DNA of 64,000 nucleotides. It comes from an uncultured Alphaproteobacteria bacterium (GTDB lineage: Bacteria > Pseudomonadota > Alphaproteobacteria > ATCC43930 > CGMCC-115725). The notes beneath the pieces were generated by a model. It made no database searches. It was not told where the DNA came from and saw only the letters and a list, made by a program, of their open reading frames with translations. Below, piece by piece: positions 10,079 through 21,021 of the stretch. The translations under genes and the position numbers were made by a program. The stretch covers positions 52,813 to 116,812 of the forward strand of contig CAWDLZ010000017.1 of NCBI GenBank assembly GCA_963803265.1, written 5' to 3'. The first letter of the stretch is position 1; each line of letters begins with the position of its first letter.

Positions 10079-11020
10079 TTAGACCCGACGCACCTGCGCG
10101 GGAACACCGAGCGAGCATTCCAGCGCCGCACGGTCCCAATGTCCCGCTTCGGCTGCTGCGGCATAGGTCGCAGACAGGAAGTCGAGCAGCAATGCGTCGG
10201 GGTCGGCGGCAGCGCGGACCGCGTCGTAAGGCAGGATGAATTCCCCGAGCGCCCGATCGAAATGGGCGCCGAGCGGCATGAGTCGGTCTCGGAAGCCCGC
10301 CGGTTCGGGATAGGCATAGGCGTAGAACGCAGCGCGTGGGAAAGCTTCGTTGCCCGGCCAAAACCCGGCGCTGCTCACCTCATGCGAATAGGCCTCGCGC
10401 GTGACCGCGTCGGGCAGTCCGGGCACGCCGCCGGGATGGAGCGGCGCCGCCCGTCCAGAAAAGCGGCTGATCGCGAGGTCGAAGCTGCCCCAGAAGAAAT
10501 GGACCGGGCTCGCCTTGCCGAGGAAGCCGCTGCGGAAGAGCTTGAAGACGCGATCGGCCTGCAGGAGCACGCGCCAGAAACGATGGGCCGCGGCGCCGTC
10601 GTAGGCAGCGTGAGTTCGGTCGAGTGAAAAGCGGATCGGGTTGGGAACCTCGTTCGGTGTTTCGTTGATCGTTACCGCAATGCCGAGCCCGTGCAAGAGC
10701 TCGATGACCCGATGATGGAAGGCGGCAACAGTTTGCGGCGCGAGAGGAAACGTCCGTTCCTCGCCACGGCTGGTGCGAGCGAGGAGGCGGTGGCCGATGA
10801 AGTCGAACTCGATCTCGAGGATTTCGTTCCCTGCGGGAATCGGCGACGTACCAAGCCCGCGAGCCGTGACGTAAAATGGTACTTGCCAGCCGTGGTTGAC
10901 CCAGGGCGTAAGCCGGAGGCGGACCTTGCCTACGATCTGCGTCCAGAGGTGCAAGGTCGCGGCCGTGTCGCGCCAGAGCGGATAGGGCAGATCAGGCCAA
11001 GGAGTGGCGTCGTCGTCCAT
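10079..11020 (-). CDS. Conserved hypothetical protein (resembles the DUF5996 family)
   Basis: 313 aa with a non-repetitive, balanced composition (WTQIVGKVRL, HGWQVPFYVTARG, FFWGSFDLA). The family name is from memory only. Confidence 0.6.
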   Translation of the reverse strand: MDDDATPWPDLPYPLWRDTAATLHLWTQIVGKVRLRLTPWVNHGWQVPFYVTARGLGTSPIPAGNEILEIEFDFIGHRLLARTSRGEERTFPLAPQTVAAFHHRVIELLHGLGIAVTINETPNEVPNPIRFSLDRTHAAYDGAAAHRFWRVLLQADRVFKLFRSGFLGKASPVHFFWGSFDLAISRFSGRAAPLHPGGVPGLPDAVTREAYSHEVSSAGFWPGNEAFPRAAFYAYAYPEPAGFRDRLMPLGAHFDRALGEFILPYDAVRAAADPDALLLDFLSATYAAAAEAGHWDRAALECSLGVPAQVRRV

Positions 11021-11089
11021 GGAACGCCTCCTTTCGAGGGCCGGCTATCGAGCGGCCCTCGGCTTGCTTTCGCTTAAGTTGAGACCACT

Positions 11090-12064
11090 CTAAACCGTCA
11101 GCACCGTCGAGCCGGTGGTCTTGCGCGCCTCCAAGTCGCGGTGCGCAAGCGCCACGTCCTTCAAGGGATAGGTCTGGCCGATCTCGATCTTGACCGCGCC
11201 GCTGGCGACGACCTCGAATAATTCCTTCGCCATCGCGCGCAGCCGGTCGGCCGTGGCGGCGTAGTGAACGAGCGTCGGCCGGGTGAGATAGAGCGAGCCC
11301 TTGGCCGAGAGAATGTTGACGCTGAACGGCTCGACGAGGCCCGAGCTCTGCCCGAAGGCGACCATCATTCCCATGGGCCGGAGGCAGTCGAGCGATTTGA
11401 GGAACGTGTCCTTGCCGACCGAGTCATAGACCACCGGCACCTTTTTGCCGCCGGTGATCTCGATGACGCGCTTGACGAAATCCTCGGTGCGGTAATCGAT
11501 CACATGGTCGCAGCCATGCGCCTGGGCGAGCCTGGCCTTGGCCGCGCCGCCGGCGGTGCCGATGACGGTCGCGCCGAGATGCTTGCCCCATTGGCAGGCG
11601 ATCAGCCCGACCCCGCCCGCCGCGGCATGGAACAGGATGGTGTCGCCCGGCTTCACCCGATAGGTCTGGCGCAGCAGATATTGCGCGGTGAGGCCTTTCA
11701 GCATCATCGCCGCCGCCGTTATGTCGCTGACAGCATCGGGCAGCTTGACCAGCCGATCCGCCGGGATGAGCCGCGCCTCGGCATAGGAGCCGATGGGCGC
11801 GTTGCCATAGGCGACGCGGTCGCCGGGTTTGAGATCGGTCACGCCGGGGCCGATTTCCTCGACCACCCCCGCGCCCTCGCCGCCCAGTCCCGAGGGCAGC
11901 GGCAGCGGATAGACGCCGCTGCGGCTATAGACATCGACGAAGTTGAGCCCGACCGCGGTCTGGCTGATCCGCGCCTCGCCGCGTCCGGGCGGGCCCAGCT
12001 GGATTTCCTCCCACGCCATGACTTCGGGGCCGCCTTGCTTGTGAATGCGGATGGCATGGGTCAT
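11090..12064 (-). CDS. qor: NADPH:quinone oxidoreductase (zeta-crystallin-type MDR)
   Basis: 324 aa. GLNFVDVYSRSGVYP, the AAGGVG cofactor motif and overall Qor pattern. Confidence 0.8.
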   Translation of the reverse strand: MTHAIRIHKQGGPEVMAWEEIQLGPPGRGEARISQTAVGLNFVDVYSRSGVYPLPLPSGLGGEGAGVVEEIGPGVTDLKPGDRVAYGNAPIGSYAEARLIPADRLVKLPDAVSDITAAAMMLKGLTAQYLLRQTYRVKPGDTILFHAAAGGVGLIACQWGKHLGATVIGTAGGAAKARLAQAHGCDHVIDYRTEDFVKRVIEITGGKKVPVVYDSVGKDTFLKSLDCLRPMGMMVAFGQSSGLVEPFSVNILSAKGSLYLTRPTLVHYAATADRLRAMAKELFEVVASGAVKIEIGQTYPLKDVALAHRDLEARKTTGSTVLTV

Positions 12065-12182
12065 CGGTTTTCTCCTGTTCGTATCAAAATCTAGACTTGG
12101 AGCGAAGGCTTGTCACGCCGCGCGATCGGCGTAGAGTGCTGCGGAGGCCGCCCGAAGCGCGGCGCAGGGGAAGGGGACGATC

Positions 12183-13259
12183 ATGGCGGCGGATAGGATT
12201 CTCAATTCGTCACGGCGGCATTTCATCGGCGGGCTGGCGGCGGCGGGCGCCGCGACGATGATCCCAACGGGCGCGCCATTCGCGCAGACCGCCAAGCCCA
12301 AGCATCATGGCGTCATCGACACGCACCACCATTTCTGGGCGCCGGAATATTTGCAGGCCCAGAACGACTGGGAAGACCAACACCACGTTCCGCATTATCC
12401 GGCTCATGCCAAGATGAGTCCTGAGATGTCGCTGGCCGAGATGGATCGCGCCGGCGTCCATACGGCGGTTGTGTCGCTGGCTTCGATCAGCGCGGGGTTC
12501 TGGGGGCTCGATGCGCCGGCGGCATCCGCCGTCATTCACAAGGCCGACGATTTCGCCGCCAAGATGATGAGCGACCATCCCGGGCGCTTCGGCTTGCTCG
12601 CGCCGCTCAACATGCTCGATGTCGATCTGTCGCTGAAGGAAATCGAGTATGGCCTCGACCAGATTCATGCGGACGGCATTGGCTTGCAGAGCAGCTACAA
12701 CGGCAGATATCCTGGCGATCCGTTCTACGATCCGATCTGGCAAGAGCTTAACCGCCGCAAGGCGGTCGTGTTTCTCCACGGTCCTAACAATGCGTGCTGC
12801 AGCGCGATCAATGACGGGCCCGGCATGTACGGATCGGTCGTCGAGGTGACCTTCGACGTGACGCGGGCGGCGGCAAGCCTTCTCACCAGCGGCGCGCTGG
12901 TGCGTTACCGCGACATAAAATGGATCCTGCCCTATGGCGGCGGCACCCTGCCATACGTGGCCGGAAGAATCGAAGCGTTCGTCAAGCAAATGAAGACCTA
13001 TAACGACTTCGCTCCCAACGGCGCGACCGCCGAGTTTCAGCGGCTCTATTACGACACCGTCAACGTGACCAATGCGGCGTCGATGGCCGCGCTGTTGAAG
13101 TTGGTGAAGGCCTCGCAGGTGCTCTACGGCACGGATTTCCCTTACTTCACCGACGATCAGCTCGACAACCTCGATCAGCGCGGGCTTTCGGCCAAGGACA
13201 AGGAAGCGATCCTCGCGGGCAACGCCAAGCGCTTGATACCGCGCCTCGCCAAGGCATGA
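12183..13259 (+). CDS. Tat-exported amidohydrolase-2 (ACMSD-like metal-dependent hydrolase) family protein
   Basis: 358 aa. Twin-arginine signal SRRHFIGGLAAAGA...AQT and the VIDTHHHFW metal-binding motif. Confidence 0.75.
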   Translation: MAADRILNSSRRHFIGGLAAAGAATMIPTGAPFAQTAKPKHHGVIDTHHHFWAPEYLQAQNDWEDQHHVPHYPAHAKMSPEMSLAEMDRAGVHTAVVSLASISAGFWGLDAPAASAVIHKADDFAAKMMSDHPGRFGLLAPLNMLDVDLSLKEIEYGLDQIHADGIGLQSSYNGRYPGDPFYDPIWQELNRRKAVVFLHGPNNACCSAINDGPGMYGSVVEVTFDVTRAAASLLTSGALVRYRDIKWILPYGGGTLPYVAGRIEAFVKQMKTYNDFAPNGATAEFQRLYYDTVNVTNAASMAALLKLVKASQVLYGTDFPYFTDDQLDNLDQRGLSAKDKEAILAGNAKRLIPRLAKA

Positions 13260-14251
13260 GGCCCGTGGCCAGACGCGTCGCTTTCCTCGCTGCGGCGCTC
13301 GCCTTCGGCCTCGCTTGCGGGCAGGCGAACGCCCAATCGAAGCTCGAGGTCAGCCTTTTTCCCAGTTCCGGCTGGGTGCTGAATTCGGGCGTCGCGGCGG
13401 GATATTTCGCTCGGCAAGGGCTCGCCATCCATCTCGATCCGGTCACCGGCTCGGTCGCGCAGATCACCGGCATGATGGACGGCACTTACGACCTAGGCCT
13501 CACCGCGCTCGACAATGTGATCGCCTACGATGCCGGCCAGGGCGAGGCGAAGCTCGCGCAAACCCCCGATCTCGTCGTGTTCATGGGCGGCGAAGGCGGC
13601 GCGCTTCATCTCATTACCGCGCCCGCGATCAAGAGGGTCGAGGACCTGAAGGGCGACACTCTCGCCGTCGACGCCAAGACCACGGGCTTTGCCTTCGTGC
13701 TCTATCGCATCCTGGCGCGGCACGGGTTGAAGCCGGGCGATTACAGCCTCATCGCCGCGGGCAGCTCGCAGAAGCGGCTCGATGCGCTGCTCGGCGGCAA
13801 GGCCGTCGGCGCCCTGCTCGACCGGCCGTTCGATTCCTTTGCCACGGCCAAGGGCTTCAACGATCTCGTCCAAATGAACAAGGTGTTCCCGCATTACCAA
13901 TCGGGGGTTGGCATGGCGCGGCGCGCCTGGGCGAGGCAGCACCGCGCCCAGCTGGTCGGCTTCATCCGCGCCTATGTCCAAGCCGGAAGGTGGCTGTTCG
14001 ATCCCAAGAACAAGCAGGCGGCGATCGATCTCCTCATCAAGACCACGCCCAATCTGCCGCGCGCGACCGCCGAGACGATCTATCGCGACACGACCGGTCG
14101 AGGCAGCACGACCGTGCCGGATGCCGCGCTCGACGTGAAAGGCATCGCGACGGTGGTGGCGCTGCGCAGCGAATATGGCGAGCCCAAGACGAAGCTCGAC
14201 GCCAGGCAGTTCTATGATTTGAGCTACTATCGCGCCGCGACCGGCAAGTAA
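13256..14251 (+). CDS. Periplasmic substrate-binding protein, NMT1/THI5-like (nitrate/sulfonate/taurine type)
   Basis: 331 aa. Signal peptide (AFLAAALAFGLACGQANA). 4-nt overlap with the amidohydrolase gene. The fold assignment rests on overall pattern only. Confidence 0.65.
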   Translation: MRPVARRVAFLAAALAFGLACGQANAQSKLEVSLFPSSGWVLNSGVAAGYFARQGLAIHLDPVTGSVAQITGMMDGTYDLGLTALDNVIAYDAGQGEAKLAQTPDLVVFMGGEGGALHLITAPAIKRVEDLKGDTLAVDAKTTGFAFVLYRILARHGLKPGDYSLIAAGSSQKRLDALLGGKAVGALLDRPFDSFATAKGFNDLVQMNKVFPHYQSGVGMARRAWARQHRAQLVGFIRAYVQAGRWLFDPKNKQAAIDLLIKTTPNLPRATAETIYRDTTGRGSTTVPDAALDVKGIATVVALRSEYGEPKTKLDARQFYDLSYYRAATGK

Positions 14252-14257
14252 TCCGCG

Positions 14258-14710
14258 CTACAGCAAGAGCGCCCCTTCGAGCTGCAGCAGCTTGCGCTTG
14301 GTTTCGACGCCGCCGCCGCCGCTATAGCCGCCAAGCTCGCCGTCCGAGCCGACAACCCGATGGCAGGGCAGCAGGATCGGCAGCGGATTGCGCGCGCAAG
14401 CCCGCCCGACGCTGCGCGCGCTCAAGCCCAGCTCGCGCGCGAGCGCGCCGTAGGAGCGGGTCGCGCCGTAAGGAATCTCGGCCATCGCCGCCCAGACGCG
14501 CTGCTCGGTCTCCGAGCCCTCGGGCGCGAGCGGCAGGTCGAATGCCTTGCGCCGCCTGGCGAAATAGGCCGCGAGCTGGCGCTTGGCGTCGGCCAGGAGG
14601 CGGCTGGGCTTGCCCGCCGACTTGCCGCCCCAAACCAGCGCCGTGATCGCCCCATTCTCTTCAAAGAGTGTCAAACGGCCGAGCGGGCTGTCGAGCGACA
14701 GGCGCGGCAA
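14258..14710 (-). CDS. ogt: Methylated-DNA--protein-cysteine methyltransferase
   Basis: 150 aa. Active-site PCHRVV and the YGATRSYGALA helix. Confidence 0.85.
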   Translation of the reverse strand: MPRLSLDSPLGRLTLFEENGAITALVWGGKSAGKPSRLLADAKRQLAAYFARRRKAFDLPLAPEGSETEQRVWAAMAEIPYGATRSYGALARELGLSARSVGRACARNPLPILLPCHRVVGSDGELGGYSGGGGVETKRKLLQLEGALLL

Positions 14711-14713
14711 GGC

Positions 14714-16741
<2,028 letters not shown>

Positions 16742-16747
16742 CCCATC

Positions 16748-18009
16748 TTACGGCGCCTTTGCCGCTGCGTAAGGAAAGATCAGCGTGCCGGTCTTCATGT
16801 CCGCCGGCAGCAGGATCGGCTGGTGCGATACGTCCTTGAAGTCGTCGATGGTGTTGCCGGTGACGTGCTGGAACTGGGTCCAGACATCGCGGCCTTCCGC
16901 CCATTCGCCATCCTTGCCGAAGGTGATCTTGCCGACCACGGTGTTGAAGCTGTGGGTCCGCATGTAATCGGCGAGCTTGGCGTGATCGAGACTTTGCGTT
17001 CCGGTGACGGCGGCGGCGAGCAGCTGACCGGCGGCGTAGCCATAGGGCGGGAAGGACCAACCGAGCGGATCGAGCCCCTGTGTCGGCGCGATCGCCGCGT
17101 ATTTGGCGAGCAGCTCCTTGACGCCGGGGAACATGAAGGGCGGCGCCGGCAGGAAGCCCTGGGTGATGACGACGCCGTTCAAGAGCGGCCCCAATGCGAC
17201 CTTGGTCGCGGTGATCATCGAGACCGATGAAGGCGCCGCCGAACATCTTGGGCGCGAAGCCGACCTCGTTCATCGCGCGCACGATGCCGACCGTGTCGGG
17301 CGGATAGGCGGCGACATAGACGATGTCCGGATTCTTGGCTTGGACCGCGCGCACGATCGGCGTGAAATCGGTCGTGCCTCGGCGGGTAATTCTGCTCGTA
17401 AACGTCATCGAAGCCGAATTTTTTCAAGTTGTCCTTGGCGCCGTCGGTGGCGTTACGGCCGAATTCGGCATCGACGCCGAGGATCGCGATGGTCTTGAGC
17501 TTGTGGTCCGCGGCGAGCTGGAAGAAGCCGGTGGAAAACGACTTTTCCGGATCGGGTCCCGACGGGATCATCGAGAAATAGCGGTCATAGTGGAATTCGG
17601 TGTTCGCCGCGTTGGCGAGAATGCCGATCGTGGTGAGATTCTTTTGCATCAGGATCGGAATCACCGCCGCCACCATGTTGGTCGAATAGGGACCGATCAG
17701 CAGATCGACCTTGTCGACCTCGAGCAGCTTGGCGTAGATGCCGGCCGCGTTCGCCGGATTGCCCTGGTCGTCGTAATAGACGAGATCGACTTGGCGCCCG
17801 AGCAGCCCGCCCGCTGCGTTGACGTCGTCGCGCCAGATCTGGAGCGCGACCAGGATCTGCTTGCCGATCCCTGCCGTGCCGCCGGTCAATGCCATGCTGA
17901 AGCCGACCTTGATCGGTTCGGCGGCTTGCGCCCGTAGCGCCGGCAAGGCGCCGAACAGCAGCGCGATCGCGACGAGAGCGGCGCGGCGTGATGCGATGAA
18001 GCGCGACAT
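16748..18009 (-). pseudogene. Branched-chain amino acid ABC transporter substrate-binding protein (LivK-like), two frameshifts
   Basis: Signal peptide plus EPIKVGFSMALTGGTAGIGKQ...YEQNYPP / GTTDFTPIVRAVQAKNPDIVYVAAYPPD...FGGAFIGL / MITATKVALGPLLNG... Extra bases at 17379 and 17219. Length is 1262 nt = 3n+2. No permease or ATPase genes are adjacent. Confidence 0.8.
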
Positions 18010-18040
18010 TAAGTGTCTCCTCCCTGGTTGCAGCGATGCC

Positions 18041-19045
18041 CTAGCTGCGGTCCTCGATGAATTTGTTGCGCATGCGGCCCAAGCCTTCGACCTCGGTTTC
18101 CATCACGTCGCCGACCTTGAGGAAGGTATTGGTGCCTTGCCCGACGCCGCCGCACGTGCCGCACACGAAGATGTCGCCGGGCTCGATGGTGAGGATGTTC
18201 GAGGCGTATTCGATCTGCTCTTCGGGCGGATAAATGAACTGCGAGGTATTGCCGTTCTGCTTGACCTCGCCGTTCACGGTAAGGCGGATGAAGAGCTTGG
18301 TGTGGTCCTTAACGAAGGCGCGCGGCACCAGGAACGGCCGCATCGGCGCGAAATTGTCGTGGCTCTTGCCGCCCAGCCAGTCGGAGCGCAAGCCCGGCCG
18401 GTCGGGCCTGATGCCGATGTCGCGGCACGACACGTCGTTGGTGGTCATGAAGCCGGCGATGTGGTCGAGCGCGCGCTCGGCGTGAACGCGCTTGGCCTTT
18501 TTCCAGATCGCGCAAGCGATCTCGGCTTCCCAGTCGATCTTGGTCATGCCGCGCGGTATCGCGATGTCGTCATAGGCGCCCGCGAGAACACTCGGCGCCT
18601 TGAGGAAGAGATAGGGCCGCGAGGTGGATTTCTCGCCGGTGAATTTCGGCCCGCCTGCGGGCGTCATGCCGGCGCGCAGCATCTCGTCAACATGCTCTTG
18701 GAAATTTTGCGCGGCGTTGAGGATCTTGCCCGGCCTCAGCACCGGCGGCAGCGCGTGCAGCGATGAGATCTTCCCGGTGCCCCGGGCGATGCGGGCGCTG
18801 TCCAAGCCTTCCTGCTCGATGAAGGCGACGATCTCTTGCAGCACCGGGAAATTGGCGTCCCAGCCTTCGAGCAAGCCGAGGATGCTGTCGGTTGCGGTGA
18901 GCGGCCCGGCCTTGCCGCGAGGGGAATCGCGATAGGCGCGATAGGCGAAGCCGAGATTGATCGCGGTATCGCCCAGCACGATCGCGGCGAAGCGCCCGGC
19001 CGGATGACCGGCATAGCTGGCGAGTCTGAATGCGGTTCCGTTCAT
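18041..19045 (-). CDS. Fumarylacetoacetate hydrolase (FAH) family protein
   Basis: The C-terminal half shows the FAH fold pattern (DWEAEIA, NDVSCRD, GKSHDNFAPM, EPGDIFVCGT). I chose the start at MNGTAF (19045) because GGAGG lies 6 nt upstream; the longest ORF extends to 19096. Confidence 0.75.
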   Translation of the reverse strand: MNGTAFRLASYAGHPAGRFAAIVLGDTAINLGFAYRAYRDSPRGKAGPLTATDSILGLLEGWDANFPVLQEIVAFIEQEGLDSARIARGTGKISSLHALPPVLRPGKILNAAQNFQEHVDEMLRAGMTPAGGPKFTGEKSTSRPYLFLKAPSVLAGAYDDIAIPRGMTKIDWEAEIACAIWKKAKRVHAERALDHIAGFMTTNDVSCRDIGIRPDRPGLRSDWLGGKSHDNFAPMRPFLVPRAFVKDHTKLFIRLTVNGEVKQNGNTSQFIYPPEEQIEYASNILTIEPGDIFVCGTCGGVGQGTNTFLKVGDVMETEVEGLGRMRNKFIEDRS

Positions 19046-19396
19046 GGTCATCCTCCCGCGCTTTGCGGCGATCCTACGCCGGTATCGTCCGTGCATCCAC
19101 CAAGTCCGACACGCGGGACTATCGCTTCGATCCGAGTCGTCGGCAACACTTAGGGATCAACGCCGCGGCGCCGCCGCTAAAATACATGGCGTGGCCGTGA
19201 TCTTGCGGTATCGCGGACGAAGCCGTTTTGTCCGAGGAAGGCAACAATGCAAGCCGCCGATAAGCCGGCATGAGACAGGCCGAAGCGATTCGATCGGGCG
19301 CGGCGCGGCGCTCGCCATCGACCTGCCGATGATCGGTCGCGCCATCACCGGCGAGATCGGAAGCAGGCGCAGAAAATTCCGGCTAAGCTCGGCGCG

Positions 19397-20731
19397 ATGA
19401 GCGACACGATCTTCGCGTTGGCGACCGCGCCTGGACGCGCGGGACTGGCGGTGGTGCGGATCTCGGGGCCGGATGCCGCCGCGGCCCTCGCCGATCTCGC
19501 GGGCGGATTGCCGTCGCCGCGCCGCGCCTGCCATGTCCGGTTTCGCGACCCTCGGACCGGCGAGGCGATCGATAACGGCATCGCGCTCTACTTCAAGGCG
19601 CCGGCGAGCTTGACGGGCGAGGATGTCGCGGAATTGCAGCTTCATGGCGGCAGGGCGGTGCTGGCCGCGGTTTTCGCCTATTTGGCGCGACGACCGGGAT
19701 GCCGCATGGCCGAGCCGGGCGAGTTCACCCGGCGCGGCTTTTTGAACGGCAAGTTCGATCTCACCGAGGCGGAGGCCGTGGCCGACTTGGTCGCGGCCGA
19801 GACCGCGGCGCAGCGGCGCCAGGCGCTGCGCCAGTTGGAGGGAGCCTTCGGCCGGCGATGCGAGGATTGGCGCGCCCGGCTGATTCGCGCGCAGGCGAGA
19901 TTGGAGGCCGAGATCGACTTTCCCGAGGAGGGTCTGCCGCGAGATTTGTGGGCGGCAACCCTCGCCGAGCTCGCGGCTGTGCGCGGCGAGCTCGCGGTTG
20001 AGCTTGCCGATCGGGGCAGCGGCGAGCGGCTGCGCGAAGGGGTTGCGGTCGCGATCCTCGGCCCGCCCAATGTCGGCAAATCCAGCCTGATGAATGCCCT
20101 GGCGCGGCGCGACGTCGCGATCACCTCGAGCATCGCGGGCACGACTCGCGACGTGATCGAGGTCGCGCTCGACCTTGGCGGCTTTCCGGTGGTTCTTGCG
20201 GACACCGCGGGCTTGCGCGATGGCGCCGATGAAATCGAAGCTCAAGGTGTGGAGCGTGCCCGCGCGCGCGCGCGCTCGGCCGATTTGCGGCTTATCGTGC
20301 TGGATGCCACTCGGCCCGGCGAGGCGGCGACAATCGCGCCCTTCATCGATAGGGCTGCGATCCTGGTGGTGAACAAAATCGACTTGGCGCTGCCCGCGGG
20401 GCTCGATTGGGCCGACCGGCTCGGGCCGAGACCGGCGCTGCGGCTCTCGGTCGCGACGGGAGAGGGGCTGGGCATGCTGATCGAGCAGTTGCAACTGGCG
20501 GTTGCGGAACTGCTCAATCCGGGCGCGGCGCCGCTGGTCACCCGGAGGCGGCACCGCGAAGCGCTCGAATCCGTGCTGGCCGCGCTCGACCGTTGCGCCG
20601 TGGCAAGCCTGCCGGAGCTCGCCGCCGAGGATTTACGGCAGGCTGCGCGGGGGCTCGGCCGGATCACGGGCCGGGTCGATGTCGAGGAGATGCTGGATGC
20701 GCTGTTTGGCGAATTTTGCATCGGGAAGTGA
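19397..20731 (+). CDS. mnmE: tRNA modification GTPase MnmE
   Basis: 444 aa. TIFALATAPG, G-domain GPPNVGKSSL/DTAG/NKID and the C-terminal FCIGK. Confidence 0.95.
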   Translation: MSDTIFALATAPGRAGLAVVRISGPDAAAALADLAGGLPSPRRACHVRFRDPRTGEAIDNGIALYFKAPASLTGEDVAELQLHGGRAVLAAVFAYLARRPGCRMAEPGEFTRRGFLNGKFDLTEAEAVADLVAAETAAQRRQALRQLEGAFGRRCEDWRARLIRAQARLEAEIDFPEEGLPRDLWAATLAELAAVRGELAVELADRGSGERLREGVAVAILGPPNVGKSSLMNALARRDVAITSSIAGTTRDVIEVALDLGGFPVVLADTAGLRDGADEIEAQGVERARARARSADLRLIVLDATRPGEAATIAPFIDRAAILVVNKIDLALPAGLDWADRLGPRPALRLSVATGEGLGMLIEQLQLAVAELLNPGAAPLVTRRRHREALESVLAALDRCAVASLPELAAEDLRQAARGLGRITGRVDVEEMLDALFGEFCIGK

Positions 20732-20952
20732 AGATTTGGAACAAATGAAGATTCGGACGGCCGCAACCTCTATTCCTAGCGGTGGTTCCGGGAACGTCCC
20801 GCGTCCGAATCGCCCGAATGGCGCTAGATGTTGTAGCGCGTCTCAAGATAAACTCGTGAAAATTACTCTGGAATTACTTGGGCTATTTCTTAAGAAAGCC
20901 TAAAGGTTAAGTATTCGTGAACGCAGCGCCATCCCCGGCGCGCAGGCCTGAT

Positions 20953-20968
20953 TGTTTCACGTGAAACA
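20953..20968. promoter_or_regulatory. parS centromere site (perfect TGTTTCACGTGAAACA palindrome)
   Basis: Exact 16-bp consensus ParB-binding palindrome in the AT-rich mnmE-mnmG spacer, about 2.6 kb upstream of parAB. Confidence 0.85.
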
Positions 20969-21021
20969 TTCCAATTCGCAGGCCGCTTTACACCCGGAGG
21001 GCCGCTTTATAGAGTGCTGCC

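Noticed and set aside
11040-11075. GC-rich hairpin (CGAGGGCCG...CGGCCCTCG) between qor and the DUF5996-like gene, considered as a terminator.
   Set aside because: There is no U-tract on the strand where it would terminate qor, so the function is undetermined.
19247-19273. 8-codon mini-ORF (MQAADKPA) with a GAGGAAGG Shine-Dalgarno in the FAH-mnmE spacer, considered as a leader peptide.
   Set aside because: It is too short and has no regulatory codon pattern or associated attenuator hairpin. It cannot be distinguished from chance.
19157-20554. 465-aa ORF on the minus strand, antisense to mnmE. Similar long antisense ORFs occur at 7022-8035, 23846-24790, 44323-45366, 48804-49982, 50227-51534, 62459-63553 and 35768-36841.
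   Set aside because: These are typical high-GC artefacts. The translations are dominated by Arg, Ala, Gly and Pro with no recognisable motifs. Each is fully overlapped by a gene on the other strand with clear family signatures.
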